Assembly (NCBI GenBank): GCA_003707115.1
Contig: PPNB01000013.1
Coordinates: 1 to 64,000, forward strand
Direction: 5' to 3'
Source: Tortispora ganteri
Lineage: Eukaryota
Length of the DNA: 64,000 nucleotides
Both the position numbers and the translations under genes were made by a program. The notes beneath the pieces were generated by a model that saw nothing but the letters and a program-made list of their open reading frames with translations, was not told where the DNA came from and did no database searches. Positions within the stretch are counted from its first letter, which is position 1, and the number at the start of each line of letters is the position of its first letter. Shown piece by piece: positions 51,941-62,531 of the stretch.

Positions 51941-53206
51941 TCATTTAATTCTAGCCAGACGGCTAGTATTCAGATGAACATTAATGTCCAAATTATCGGT
52001 GTCTTCAGCAATTTTATCGAGATGCAAATTCTGACGATCAACTTCTTCTTGTGCAGCGAGAGCCATACTCTTCAGCCGTGAGGCGCTTTGGCCAATAGCA
52101 TCCAAATTATCATTAATTTCATCTTCAAGTTCCTCATCTTCGCTGTCACCTTCAAATTGATATCTAGCGCGGTCAGCAAGTTTGGCTTGGCGATCTGCGG
52201 GTTTAAATTTGCTATCAGTACGCATAGCAGAACCAATTCGAACTTGTGTATCGTGCATAGCATTGCGGAACCTTTCTCTATTAGCTTGATCTTCAGCGAT
52301 TTGCTCTTTTAGTTTTTCCTCTTTTTCAAGAATCTTGCGTTTGGAGTTGAAGGGGTTACTAGCATGAATTGCAAATATTGATCTGTTGAGCTTTTTAAGT
52401 TCTTTAGCCTTCTCTTCAGCAACTCTCGTTTGTGCCGATGCTAGACCAAGAGTTGCATCAGTATTTGTTATTCTCTCAGACTGAGAGCCCAGCATTCCGA
52501 GGGTATTTCGGCCACTATCTTCAGCTTCCTGAGCATAGCGCAAAGCGTTTCGAGAGGAAGCGACAGATGCCTGCTTGACGAATCGCATCTCTTGTTTAAT
52601 AGCTTCGACATCTTCTGTTTCAGAATCGACTTCCTCATCTTCTAGTTGCTGTTCGCCGAGACCTGGTTCAGGTTGGTCTTCAGTCGGTAGCTCATCTTCG
52701 CGAAGGCCTAATGTGGGGGCATGGCTAATAATGCTTTGGGCGTCTGAAGGCTTTTGCGGAGTTATTGACGAGCCAAATAGCTGAGACCTATCTGCGTCGT
52801 ATTGCTGATCGAATCCATTTCTAAACGACGATGACCGAGTTGGGATCTGGTATGGGGAAGGAGTTGGTTGCGCAGGGTGGGGAGCGCGACCGGGCGAGTA
52901 GACGCCAGCAGAAGGTTGCGACATGGAATTATTAGCTGAATAGGGATTTGTGGACATACTAGTGGCAGAAGTTGAGACAGGGGCATAAGGATTCGAGGAG
53001 GAAGGAGAGGCATTTGAGGCGGCGTAAGGATTTGAGGTGGAATTGGAGGTAACGTTGGAGGCGTATTGTGAGTAGGCGTCAAATTTACGGCCCCTTGAAG
53101 TAATCGCCTTATTAGCTACTGGCACTCCTTGCACGGCGAGTCTTTCACGATTATCTTCCCATTCTTGCTGGGGAGTTTTTTTCTCCTTTTTGAATAGTTT
53201 TTTCAT
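51941..53206 (-). CDS. SEC9: Plasma-membrane t-SNARE (SNAP-25 family)
   Basis: DVEAIKQEMRFVKQASVASSRNALR, LKKLNRSIFAIH and a second SNARE helix ending NTSRLARIK. Probable ATG at 53206. Confidence 0.93.
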   Translation of the reverse strand: MKKLFKKEKKTPQQEWEDNRERLAVQGVPVANKAITSRGRKFDAYSQYASNVTSNSTSNPYAASNASPSSSNPYAPVSTSATSMSTNPYSANNSMSQPSAGVYSPGRAPHPAQPTPSPYQIPTRSSSFRNGFDQQYDADRSQLFGSSITPQKPSDAQSIISHAPTLGLREDELPTEDQPEPGLGEQQLEDEEVDSETEDVEAIKQEMRFVKQASVASSRNALRYAQEAEDSGRNTLGMLGSQSERITNTDATLGLASAQTRVAEEKAKELKKLNRSIFAIHASNPFNSKRKILEKEEKLKEQIAEDQANRERFRNAMHDTQVRIGSAMRTDSKFKPADRQAKLADRARYQFEGDSEDEELEDEINDNLDAIGQSASRLKSMALAAQEEVDRQNLHLDKIAEDTDNLDINVHLNTSRLARIK

Positions 53207-53551
53207 TGGTGGAGGTAGAATACAAGTGTGTAAGAATGTATTAGGGGCTGGTGTTGCACACAAGCTGGGAGTTACCAGATATGATAGACGGGCACAAACA
53301 GGGAGGGTCATTTTCTTAGCCCTATGAGGGCCTCATTTGAAACGAGGAAGGGTAGGTAGAAAAAAAAAATCAGTAGATGTAGATGAATTAAAAAGGACCA
53401 ATCAGGGACAATATCATGCAGTGTGGTGTGGTGTGGTGACGGACGTAGCGCGTGCAGCAGATGGTGATCATAGAACTGACAGAGACGAAAATGACCATAA
53501 GTCCTTATGACAAAGACAAGAGAAATTCATATAAGGATATGAGTAAAACCA

Positions 53552-54436
53552 TTAGACTGCAATTAGCGATATAATTTTTGCGCAGGATCTGCCTATGTCT
53601 CCACCGTACCGTTTGAGCTCCGTAAGACCCGAGATCATTACGGGGGCCTGAACAGAGAGTTGTTTGCGTCTAGCAGGGACATCTTGCGATGAATCTATTG
53701 TTTGCGAATCTGTAAAAAGATACGCAAAAGGGAAACTGGTTGTAGGTATTGCGTGTTTGCAGGTATCACGGTGTATAGAGAAATGCAAGGTCTTCTGCGG
53801 TTGTTCGTGGAGTCCTGCGGACAAGAACGCCATAAGTACATTTATTTGAAGCAAGAGGTTCGTCTTAGAGTTGACATTCGGTTTGCTTCTAATTTGTGAC
53901 CAGCCGAACATCGTCGCAAAGGATTGAAGTGTGCGCTGCCAATGATTGCGGACTATCTCTTCCGCGTGCACTTGGACAAGGTATTCCAGGAATCTTAAAG
54001 CGTCTAAACGAATCGATTCATCAATATGTGACATTCCTGAATTGACAAAAAGCATTAAATTGTTTATGTGAGGTTTAAGGATCTCATCCGGAAGAGCCTT
54101 GACAAGCGTGAGATACGTAGTTCTAACAGATTTGTCCTTGTCAATGATTAGCGTTGATGTCTTTTCCACAAAGAAAGCAATATTCAAAACTGTCTGATCA
54201 ATATGATTGGTTAAAAACAAAATCGCTTCCTTACGCGAGCTCGCCGAATGGTGTTTGCACATACTAATGTAATGGCTTACAAGATGATCTGGTGCATGAT
54301 TCGTTATAGATTGTTGCGGCAAGGCTACTTTTTTTGCTTTGAAATTAGTATCTGTGAAATTTTCTGCTTTTCTCTTCTCTTTACCAAGTTTTAGTTTCGG
54401 TTTAGCAAAATCAGTTTCTTTTTTAGTCTTCGCCAT
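53552..54436 (-). CDS. IPI1: Rix1-complex pre-rRNA processing protein
   Basis: DFAKPKLKLGK, NFTDTNFKAKKVALPQQS and SGMSHIDESIRLDA. Confidence 0.88.
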   Translation of the reverse strand: MAKTKKETDFAKPKLKLGKEKRKAENFTDTNFKAKKVALPQQSITNHAPDHLVSHYISMCKHHSASSRKEAILFLTNHIDQTVLNIAFFVEKTSTLIIDKDKSVRTTYLTLVKALPDEILKPHINNLMLFVNSGMSHIDESIRLDALRFLEYLVQVHAEEIVRNHWQRTLQSFATMFGWSQIRSKPNVNSKTNLLLQINVLMAFLSAGLHEQPQKTLHFSIHRDTCKHAIPTTSFPFAYLFTDSQTIDSSQDVPARRKQLSVQAPVMISGLTELKRYGGDIGRSCAKIISLIAV

Positions 54437-54537
54437 TGATTTTCTGTCGAATGTTAAGAGTTTTTTTTTCCCTTTCCACCTTCACTTCTACACTTCACTT
54501 TTTTAACGAAATTCTTCATCCAAAAAGAATATCAGCC

Positions 54538-55530
54538 ATGTCTATCAGACTTTTAAATCAATTCTCAATTTTAAGAACTCCTAAATTACTTAATTTACCA
54601 GCAAAACCCTCAGCGTTGCTGACATGCCGATCAATGCAGTCCGCCACACTTCCTCGACTTTCTATGCGATCTGCTAATCGCTTCAGGTTCCCATGCAACA
54701 ATCTGCGATCTAACTTCCACACCAAAAGGAACTACTCGTATTATGAACCACCAGTATCTAAATGGAGGACTGTTGCTCTGGCAGGAACAACCGCGCTTGT
54801 CTCCTCCTGGATCTTCTACAACATCTTCCCCTTGTTATTCCTCACTAAACCGCTAGAGGTTCTCAACGCCTCCCCACATAAAGTTCTCATGGTGTTAATA
54901 GCTACCAACGTATTCATCTGGTTCAAAGGATACATGGGAAAAGTTGGGAAGATCCCAAGACTCTACTATCTCGGTACAGGTGCGCAATTCAACATTCAGT
55001 CCATGTTCTTATCAGCTTTTAACCACGCCAGCCTAGCGCATCTTGCAGTCAACATGTTTGTCCTGTATGGCTTCGGAAGCGACATGATCCAAGTTCTTGG
55101 TCCAGCATCATTTCTTACGCTCTACTTCTCCGCCACGGCCTGGTCTTCTTTCTGCTCTGTACTTATCAGAACAATCGCTGGAACCTCGTCGCTCTCTGTA
55201 GGCGCATCCGGCGCCATCTTTGGTGTCGTCAACTCGTTCGCACAATGTTTCCCATCCTCACGCATCGCACTTTATTTTATACCTATGCCTATCACTATTG
55301 GACCGTTCATGACAATCGTCTTTGGTGCCACCGCATTGCTTGCACTCGCTTCAGCTACAAATCGCACACCATCAATTCTCTCTAATTCGATTATCGACCA
55401 CGGCGGTCATCTCGGCGGAATGATATATGGCTGGATCTACATTAAGTATATAGCGCCGCGCATGCACGAACAATTTTTTGTTCCGTATATGAGAGAACAA
55501 GAGCGTCAGCGACTAGCTTCCTTCGAGTAG
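54538..55530 (+). CDS. PCP1: Mitochondrial rhomboid protease
   Basis: Arg-rich presequence, SAFNHASLAHLAVNM, GASGA (catalytic Ser) and DHGGHLGG. ATG at 54538. Confidence 0.85.
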   Translation: MSIRLLNQFSILRTPKLLNLPAKPSALLTCRSMQSATLPRLSMRSANRFRFPCNNLRSNFHTKRNYSYYEPPVSKWRTVALAGTTALVSSWIFYNIFPLLFLTKPLEVLNASPHKVLMVLIATNVFIWFKGYMGKVGKIPRLYYLGTGAQFNIQSMFLSAFNHASLAHLAVNMFVLYGFGSDMIQVLGPASFLTLYFSATAWSSFCSVLIRTIAGTSSLSVGASGAIFGVVNSFAQCFPSSRIALYFIPMPITIGPFMTIVFGATALLALASATNRTPSILSNSIIDHGGHLGGMIYGWIYIKYIAPRMHEQFFVPYMREQERQRLASFE

Positions 55531-55547
55531 TCAGCTTAACAGCGCAA

Positions 55548-57446
55548 CTAGCAGCGCTCAAATACCTTATATAGCGTTGGTAAGTTAGCCAGCTCCACGA
55601 TTGATTCTTTAACTTCGCTAGACGCAATAAGGTACTTTTTGAATGCAGGAAATAGAACATGCTCAATTCTGCCAATTTCCTCTTCTTCTTCCAGCGGAAG
55701 AGGTACATATAAGTACGCCAATTGACGCAGAAAACCGTCAAAGAACTGCTTTTCCTGAGTCCAGTCGACGGTTTGTCCTAGTTTGATTAAAAAGCTAGGC
55801 AGCTTTTCAAGAGGGGGAACGTACCCCTTCAACAATAATGGTAAGCTCTCTAGATATCCGTCCTCTGTAATGTCCATATTAAAGTACTCTGAGAGCATCT
55901 CACTGGCATCGGCTAGCTGTGTAATTATTTCTTGAATATCGTTGTCGGATATATTGTCAGTCTCTTTGCGACTGAGTTCTAGCATATCGCGCACATTTAC
56001 AGCTGGTCTGAGTTCAATTCGTCCAAAATTGGCGAACTCAGACAAACCGAGCTGGTAGAACAACTCGAAAGCCGCTAGACCGTAATCCACAAGCAATAAG
56101 CGTATATCGTACTGCACAGCTGCCAGTCTTTTCTTCCCATCAATGATTCCGACATAAGTATGTCCACTGAATATTTTAGTGGCTTCTATATCATAACCTA
56201 TTTCGATTTGGCGCCGTAGTTCTGAGATGCTTTTCAGCTGAACCTGCTCGAACTCGGTATCGTTAGACCGCTCGATCAATTTGGATCTATCTTGTGCAAA
56301 AAGCAGACCGGTTATTTTTTGTTGCGTAGAGGAAGTACGCACGAGTCTGTTTTCGTACGTCTTCTTAGGTGGCATAGTCATTCTAGCAGGTGCAGGACTA
56401 TGATCAACTGGTTGTGAAACAAAAGTGTGTGACGAATCTGCAACGGCAAGTTGGTTCAATACTGATGTGCAGATATGCGATACAATTTCTTCTTCGTTTA
56501 GGAACCTAACTTCGCGTTTTGTAGGGTGAATATTGACGTCTAAAATAGCCGGGTCTACTTCCATTTCGAGATACACAAAATTGTGCATACCTTTCTGCAA
56601 GAAGCTAGTATAGACATTATTGAGTCCACGGCGCAAAGGATCGCATTGAACTAGTCGACCATTAATGAAAAATATAGGCGGAATGGATTTCTTGCCGTGA
56701 TAGGAAGGTTTTGTGAAATAGCAGAGTGTCGACCGGAGTCCTAAATTGGTGATAGCATCGTTTTGCAAATGTATCTCTATGAGATCATTGGCGACTGAAC
56801 CGAACACGTTTTTAAGACGATTTAGTTTCGACATATTAGCATTTAGTGATATTGTAAAATGAGGATCGCCTTGTTTTTTCACTGTGAATGCAACTGTTGA
56901 ACATTTGATAGCGTATCGCGTAACGACTTCAACAATTTTTGCAAATTCATCTCGATGTGACCGAAATGCTGCAAGTCTAGACCGATTATTATAAAACATA
57001 TCTTCAATAGTTATTATAGTACCAACGCGTCCAGCGATTGGTTCTGGATCGCCAATCATTATACCGTCTTTATACTGAGCTTTGTATGCGACATTAGAGT
57101 GCTGTGTACGCGTAGTGACAGTTAAACGCGAGACATGTGATATACTTGCAAGAGCCTCACCGCGAAATCCATATGTACTTAAACTACTGAGTCCTTCAAA
57201 TGAGTTTAATTTCGATGTAGTGAATCTTTGCGCCAAAATAGGAAGATCTTCTTTAGCAATACCCGTTCCCGCATCAGATACCTGCAATAGTTTTAAGCCA
57301 CCTTCTGCCGCTACAACATTAACTACCGTACTGCCTGCATCTAAAGCATTTTCAAGAACTTCTTTTAATGCATTTGCTGGTGATACGACAATCTCACCAG
57401 CAGCAATCCGATTCACTACCTTCTCGTCCAACGGCCGTATACTCAT
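55548..57446 (-). CDS. MLH1: MutL homologue
   Basis: NRIAAGE, YGFRGEALASIS, DVNIHPTKREV and C-terminal LYKVFERC. Confidence 0.97.
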   Translation of the reverse strand: MSIRPLDEKVVNRIAAGEIVVSPANALKEVLENALDAGSTVVNVVAAEGGLKLLQVSDAGTGIAKEDLPILAQRFTTSKLNSFEGLSSLSTYGFRGEALASISHVSRLTVTTRTQHSNVAYKAQYKDGIMIGDPEPIAGRVGTIITIEDMFYNNRSRLAAFRSHRDEFAKIVEVVTRYAIKCSTVAFTVKKQGDPHFTISLNANMSKLNRLKNVFGSVANDLIEIHLQNDAITNLGLRSTLCYFTKPSYHGKKSIPPIFFINGRLVQCDPLRRGLNNVYTSFLQKGMHNFVYLEMEVDPAILDVNIHPTKREVRFLNEEEIVSHICTSVLNQLAVADSSHTFVSQPVDHSPAPARMTMPPKKTYENRLVRTSSTQQKITGLLFAQDRSKLIERSNDTEFEQVQLKSISELRRQIEIGYDIEATKIFSGHTYVGIIDGKKRLAAVQYDIRLLLVDYGLAAFELFYQLGLSEFANFGRIELRPAVNVRDMLELSRKETDNISDNDIQEIITQLADASEMLSEYFNMDITEDGYLESLPLLLKGYVPPLEKLPSFLIKLGQTVDWTQEKQFFDGFLRQLAYLYVPLPLEEEEEIGRIEHVLFPAFKKYLIASSEVKESIVELANLPTLYKVFERC

Positions 57447-57555
57447 TGGTATGTCAGTGTTGAAGTTGTATGAATGGGAGTTGCCTATTTAGGCAATCTT
57501 CTAGAGATGTAAAAATAAGAAAGACAAAAAAAAAAATTGCATACCAAATACAACA

Positions 57556-59157
57556 ATGCCGCGTATAATATCTAGTCGTCATTATACGCGTCCGCAGCCA
57601 ATAGGTAGACCGTATAAAGACATAATTGCTACTAATGATGATATAAAGCTCTGTATGGAACTGCTAGCGAAACCAGACAATGAGGTGGTCGTTCAGGGCT
57701 TACAATTGGCGGCTCGTATAGCAAGATCAGATAAACGAGAACAACTGCTTAAAAATCGTATAGTTCAAACATGTTTGGAGTTTATAGAATCAAAAAACAA
57801 GGTAATTACTGCTGAATCATACAATGTGCTCATACAGTTGCTTGAGGCTTCACCATTTGACACAGCCACGTTCCTTTATCGCCAGCGTATTGTTCAGCGG
57901 GTCATTGATACTATCGATACGCTAGATCTGGAATCGCTTTCGTTACCAGAAGATAGAAAACTACTTAATATGTGTATTTATTTGGTTATGCGACTATGCG
58001 AATATGCTGTTCCTCAGACTGTTGCTGCTATCACCAGATCACTCCATACACTTCCTCTGCTTCTTACCGCTATAATAGCATCAGATTCCGACGATCAGCT
58101 CCTTATACACACAGCCGCCGAGTGTTTGTATGTGGTTACACAACAGAATATCTCGTACTTAGCTACTGTTGACTATGACCAGCTCTTGAATGTCGCCTCA
58201 AATGCAGAAGGCATATTAAAACTTTGCGTAATTGGCGTGTTTGTTAATGCGCTCTTAGAGTATCAACAAGCCTCTTACATCTCTGTTTCTGATATAATAA
58301 CGTATCTTAGTGATGAATTGGGCTCTGATGATGAACAGAAGGTGGCGTTGGCGTTGGAACTGCTTACATTCGTAATGCCGGCCGTTGTTGCGCAGTTTGA
58401 AGGCGATGATCTTGAATCACAAGAAGATATAGAAATGGACGTTATAACTATGCCATCAGCAGAACTCATAGAATTACTAAAATCTAATGTGCTTCCTGCT
58501 AGCATCAAATACTTACAAAATAATGCCCTCAAAGTGCCCGCGGCAGCGCTCTTGAACAACTTGTGTCTCTGTTTTAACATGACACTAAAAGATGACGAAA
58601 GATGGACTACAGAAGCCGCAAATGTATGGGAAATTTCTATTAGCCAACTTAATTCATCTGATGTGCAATTTTTAACGTCAATTTTGAATATCATTTGGAC
58701 TGTTTCAGAACATCTGGCACTGAATGGGAACCCTGTAACGCCTAATTTCGAGATCTTTCAACAGATATCAAATAAGTACAATACTGAACATCCAGATCTT
58801 TGTTTTGTTGTCACTAGCAGTTTAGCTTCCATGTGCAGACTCTATATTGGCAAAGAAGACAACGGTTACTTGCAGCCATGCTTGAATTTCTTTCTGCAAA
58901 AATCTATCTCACAAGGGTCTGTCGAAGAAGCTGTAGAGGCATTGAACGCTATCTTTGATACATTCGCCGACAAGTCTTACAAATACGACCGAATATATGT
59001 AGATGGTGAATACAGTGCTAAATTGTCTGAAATCGGTCCAGTATTTAGACAAAAAGTCAAAACAGTGAGCAAACAGAATGACAAAGAGCTACGAGTGGCT
59101 GCCGACGCGGCAGCTCTGAATTTGCAAAGGTTCATATCGTATAAGAACAAAGAGTAA
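57556..59157 (+). CDS. ARM/HEAT protein, Syo1/HEATR3-like
   Basis: Helical repeats, acidic loop, and C-terminal EALNAIFDTFAD...ADAAALNLQRFISYK typical of Syo1. Confidence 0.7.
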   Translation: MPRIISSRHYTRPQPIGRPYKDIIATNDDIKLCMELLAKPDNEVVVQGLQLAARIARSDKREQLLKNRIVQTCLEFIESKNKVITAESYNVLIQLLEASPFDTATFLYRQRIVQRVIDTIDTLDLESLSLPEDRKLLNMCIYLVMRLCEYAVPQTVAAITRSLHTLPLLLTAIIASDSDDQLLIHTAAECLYVVTQQNISYLATVDYDQLLNVASNAEGILKLCVIGVFVNALLEYQQASYISVSDIITYLSDELGSDDEQKVALALELLTFVMPAVVAQFEGDDLESQEDIEMDVITMPSAELIELLKSNVLPASIKYLQNNALKVPAAALLNNLCLCFNMTLKDDERWTTEAANVWEISISQLNSSDVQFLTSILNIIWTVSEHLALNGNPVTPNFEIFQQISNKYNTEHPDLCFVVTSSLASMCRLYIGKEDNGYLQPCLNFFLQKSISQGSVEEAVEALNAIFDTFADKSYKYDRIYVDGEYSAKLSEIGPVFRQKVKTVSKQNDKELRVAADAAALNLQRFISYKNKE

Positions 59158-59190
59158 AGATTAAATTAAATAATCATTCACTTTGTATAT

Positions 59191-60048
59191 TTAGTAGTTC
59201 TTTAGTTTCTTCCTGATCTTCGCATCAGTACGTGAATGGTGCTTAACTGCTTTCTGTTTCTTCGCATAAGCTCTGGCAATGTTAGGAGACACATACTCCT
59301 TATTCTCATATATAACCGGACCCCGGAACGATCCTTCTAACATAGTAATAGGAGATAATACCATTCTGGGTCCTATTTCGACCAGAGATGTGTTAGATTC
59401 GCCTCGATTAGTCGTCGGAGCAACAGGAGTGCCGTTCTTGGCAGCTTCTTCTAATGCCTGTTCGTCCAAAACACCTTGAGTTTCAACAATCTGATAGTTT
59501 CGTATCCAAATTCTGTCTGAAGCAATACTGAACGTTAAAACATGATCAACAAAAGGTTTGGATTTCTTGGAGTACCTGGGGACACCAAATATCTGTATAA
59601 ACATCTGCTTCAAAAGTTGGTAATGAGGCTTTGAATCAAAAGAAGAATCAAAGCTAAGAACTGGTCTTGACCCTTTCAAACAGTTGCCAGTAAAATTTAG
59701 TTCATCCATAGTATGCAGATTCTGAACATGAAATTTAGCTGTTGGCCCTGAAGGAGTTTTGGAAATATGCAAATACAGATCTGTGTGTTTCCTTCCTTCA
59801 AAATACATCACATTATTGCAATTATACAAATCAGCAATCTCATTCAGCTCATATTTACCAGAACTGCTTTCGATCTTGCTCTCTTTATGCCCATGAGGCA
59901 TTAAAGCAGACAGATCATTAATCAAATGTCGGTGTCTTGAAGTAATGCCTCGTGATCCAACAATAAGAACATGCTGTCTGTTCAACTTCTTAGGCTTATC
60001 TTCAGACAACTTCGGTTGACCAGAAATAGCTTTATATAACGAAGACAT
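59191..60048 (-). CDS. BRX1: Brix-domain 60S biogenesis protein
   Basis: SRGITSRHRHL, LHTMDELNFTGNCLKGSRP and LVEIGPR. ATG at 60048. Confidence 0.96.
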   Translation of the reverse strand: MSSLYKAISGQPKLSEDKPKKLNRQHVLIVGSRGITSRHRHLINDLSALMPHGHKESKIESSSGKYELNEIADLYNCNNVMYFEGRKHTDLYLHISKTPSGPTAKFHVQNLHTMDELNFTGNCLKGSRPVLSFDSSFDSKPHYQLLKQMFIQIFGVPRYSKKSKPFVDHVLTFSIASDRIWIRNYQIVETQGVLDEQALEEAAKNGTPVAPTTNRGESNTSLVEIGPRMVLSPITMLEGSFRGPVIYENKEYVSPNIARAYAKKQKAVKHHSRTDAKIRKKLKNY

Positions 60049-60387
60049 TGTAAATTTGACGTCTTTCAAGTCAGAGTCGGTGAGATGCACGCCATATTTT
60101 TTTTTTTGCAATATGTATTTCGGTGAACTTAATACCGGGGTTAGGGTAATATGAACTTACCTGATTATGTTCAGCACGTAAATAATCGCCAGAAGTAGCG
60201 AAATATATTCGGAAATAACGATTACCAAATAGCTGTATAATATCTATACATAGCTATTGCATAACTATATTCACATCTGAGTACTGGAAGAAGTACCGTG
60301 GACCTACGAGATTTATATGTAAACTATAATCAACCAATTAGAAGACAACGGTATTAAAGAGAAGGAAATATAAAAAAAAGGATGCCT

Positions 60388-62000
60388 CTAGTACTCCATA
60401 CCACCCTCTACCTCATCATCAGCAGCATCACTAGCAACCTCAGCATAGTCCCTTTCAAGAGCTTCCAAGTTCTCACGAGCCTCGGAGAATTCACCTTCCT
60501 CCATACCCTCACCAACGTACCAGTGAACAAAAGCACGCTTAGCGTACATGAGATCAAACTTGTGATCAAGTCTGCTCCATGCCTCTGCAATCGAGGTAGT
60601 GTTAGAAAGCATACAAACAGCACGAGAGACATCTGCCATATCACCACCAGGGACACACTTGGGTGGTTGGTAGCAGATACCAATTTTAAAACCGGTAGGG
60701 CACCAGTCGACAAACTGAATATTCTTGCGAGCTTTAATGGTGGCAACAGCAGCCTGAACTTCCTTTGTGACAACATCTCCACGGTATAGCAAACAGTTAG
60801 CCATATACTTGCCGCTGCGAGGATCGCATTTCACCATCTGATTGGAGGGTTCAAAACAAGCGTTTGTGATTTCAGCAACAGAATTGGCTTCATGGCCCAC
60901 TTTAGCGCGGGAAATAACAGGAGCATAGGTTACCAGCGGGAAGTGAATACGGGGGAACGGCACAAGGTTGGTCTGGAACTCGTTAAGGTCCACGTTGAGG
61001 GAGCCATCAAATCGCAAAGAAGCAGTGATAGAAGACACAACCTGGGCAATGAGACGGTTAAGGTTCTCATAAGAAGGACGGGGAATATCCAAGTTGCGGC
61101 GGCAAATATCATAGATTGCCTCGTTATCGACCATAAATGTACAGTCAGATTGTTCAAGAGTAGTATGAGTGGCGAGAACGGAGTTGTAAGGCTCAACAAC
61201 GGAAGTAGAGACTTGAGGAGCAGGGTACACTGCAAACTCAAGTTTGGACTTCTTTCCGTAATCGACAGAAAGCCTCTCAAGTATTAGAGAGCCAAAACCG
61301 GAGCCGGTTCCTCCGCCAAAAGAGTGGGTAAACAAAAATCCTTGGAGACCATCGCAGTTGTCTGCGACCCTTCTGATGCGATCCATGACAGGCTCTATGA
61401 GTTCTTTACCAACAGTATAGTGACCACGGGCATAGTTATTAGCGGCGTCCTCTTTGCCGGACATCAGGAGCTCTGGGTGGAAGAGATCCTTGTATTTTCC
61501 AGTGCGAACCTCGTCTATCACATTTGGCTCTAAATCAACGTAGATAGTACGAGGCACATACTTTCCTCTACGGCTTTCAGAGAAAAAAGTGGAGAAACCT
61601 TCATCGCCGGGTTTCGAGGACTGGGTGGGGTCCAGATATCCATCAGGTTGAATACCGTGTTCAAGACAGTACAACTAGGATTATGTTAGTAAACAAAGAC
61701 AATCAACAGAAATACACGAAATAGATAATTTCAAAAGTAACTTACCTCCCAGCACGAATTTCCAATCTGGCAGCCAGCTATTATTAGTTAGTAAACATGC
61801 TGTGGTTGATAGACCGCTAGCAGGCGCGAAAAGAAAGTAAACAAACCTTGTCCGACTATAAACTGTTAGTATACGTTGTTTTGGGAGATATAAACAAAAA
61901 ATAGATAATTATAATAGCGTTCGAATTGAAAAAAAGCAAAATCAATCAAAATAACGCGTATCTATAGCTACTTACCGTTAATACTGATAACTTCTCTCAT
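60388..62000 (-). CDS. TUB1: Alpha-tubulin, four exons (62000-61976, 61855-61847, 61777-61746, 61674-60388)
   Basis: Splicing three TACTAAC introns gives [32 protein letters not shown] present, C-terminal EY. Confidence 0.96.
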
Positions 62001-62531
62001 GTCAGATAGTCAAAGGTAGGGAATCGGTGGATTTGCGCGTGGTCAATTGAATCAAAAGGTTTGAGTTACAATATTGTCATAACAACAGTGGCCATAACAA
62101 CGGCCCACCAAATTGATTTAGCTTTTTAAATGGAACAAGTCCCCTAACCCTTGAATTAAAAAACCGTTGTAAAGCTTAAGTGAATATCATTAACAACAAT
62201 GTGAGGGAATATGTGATTCATATTTTGATTGATTTGACGTAAACAATCCGGTTTAGGGGCGCAAGATAATGTCATTAAAGTTTTCAAGTTGCAATATTGT
62301 TTTTAACCTGAGGACGAAATGGTACAATATAGCTTGACTAAATCAACAACATTGTATCATCAGCTACTCTTAAGCTATATTGTTTAAGCAGAAAGTCTTG
62401 GCAACTATATTTCAGCGTATAGGAAGCAGCCTAACAAGCAGATTGTTCTGACTACCGAATACCTTGCTGGATGGCTATTACAAGATATATATAATGATCA
62501 TGAAGTGAAAATTTTTACCGTAAATTCGACA

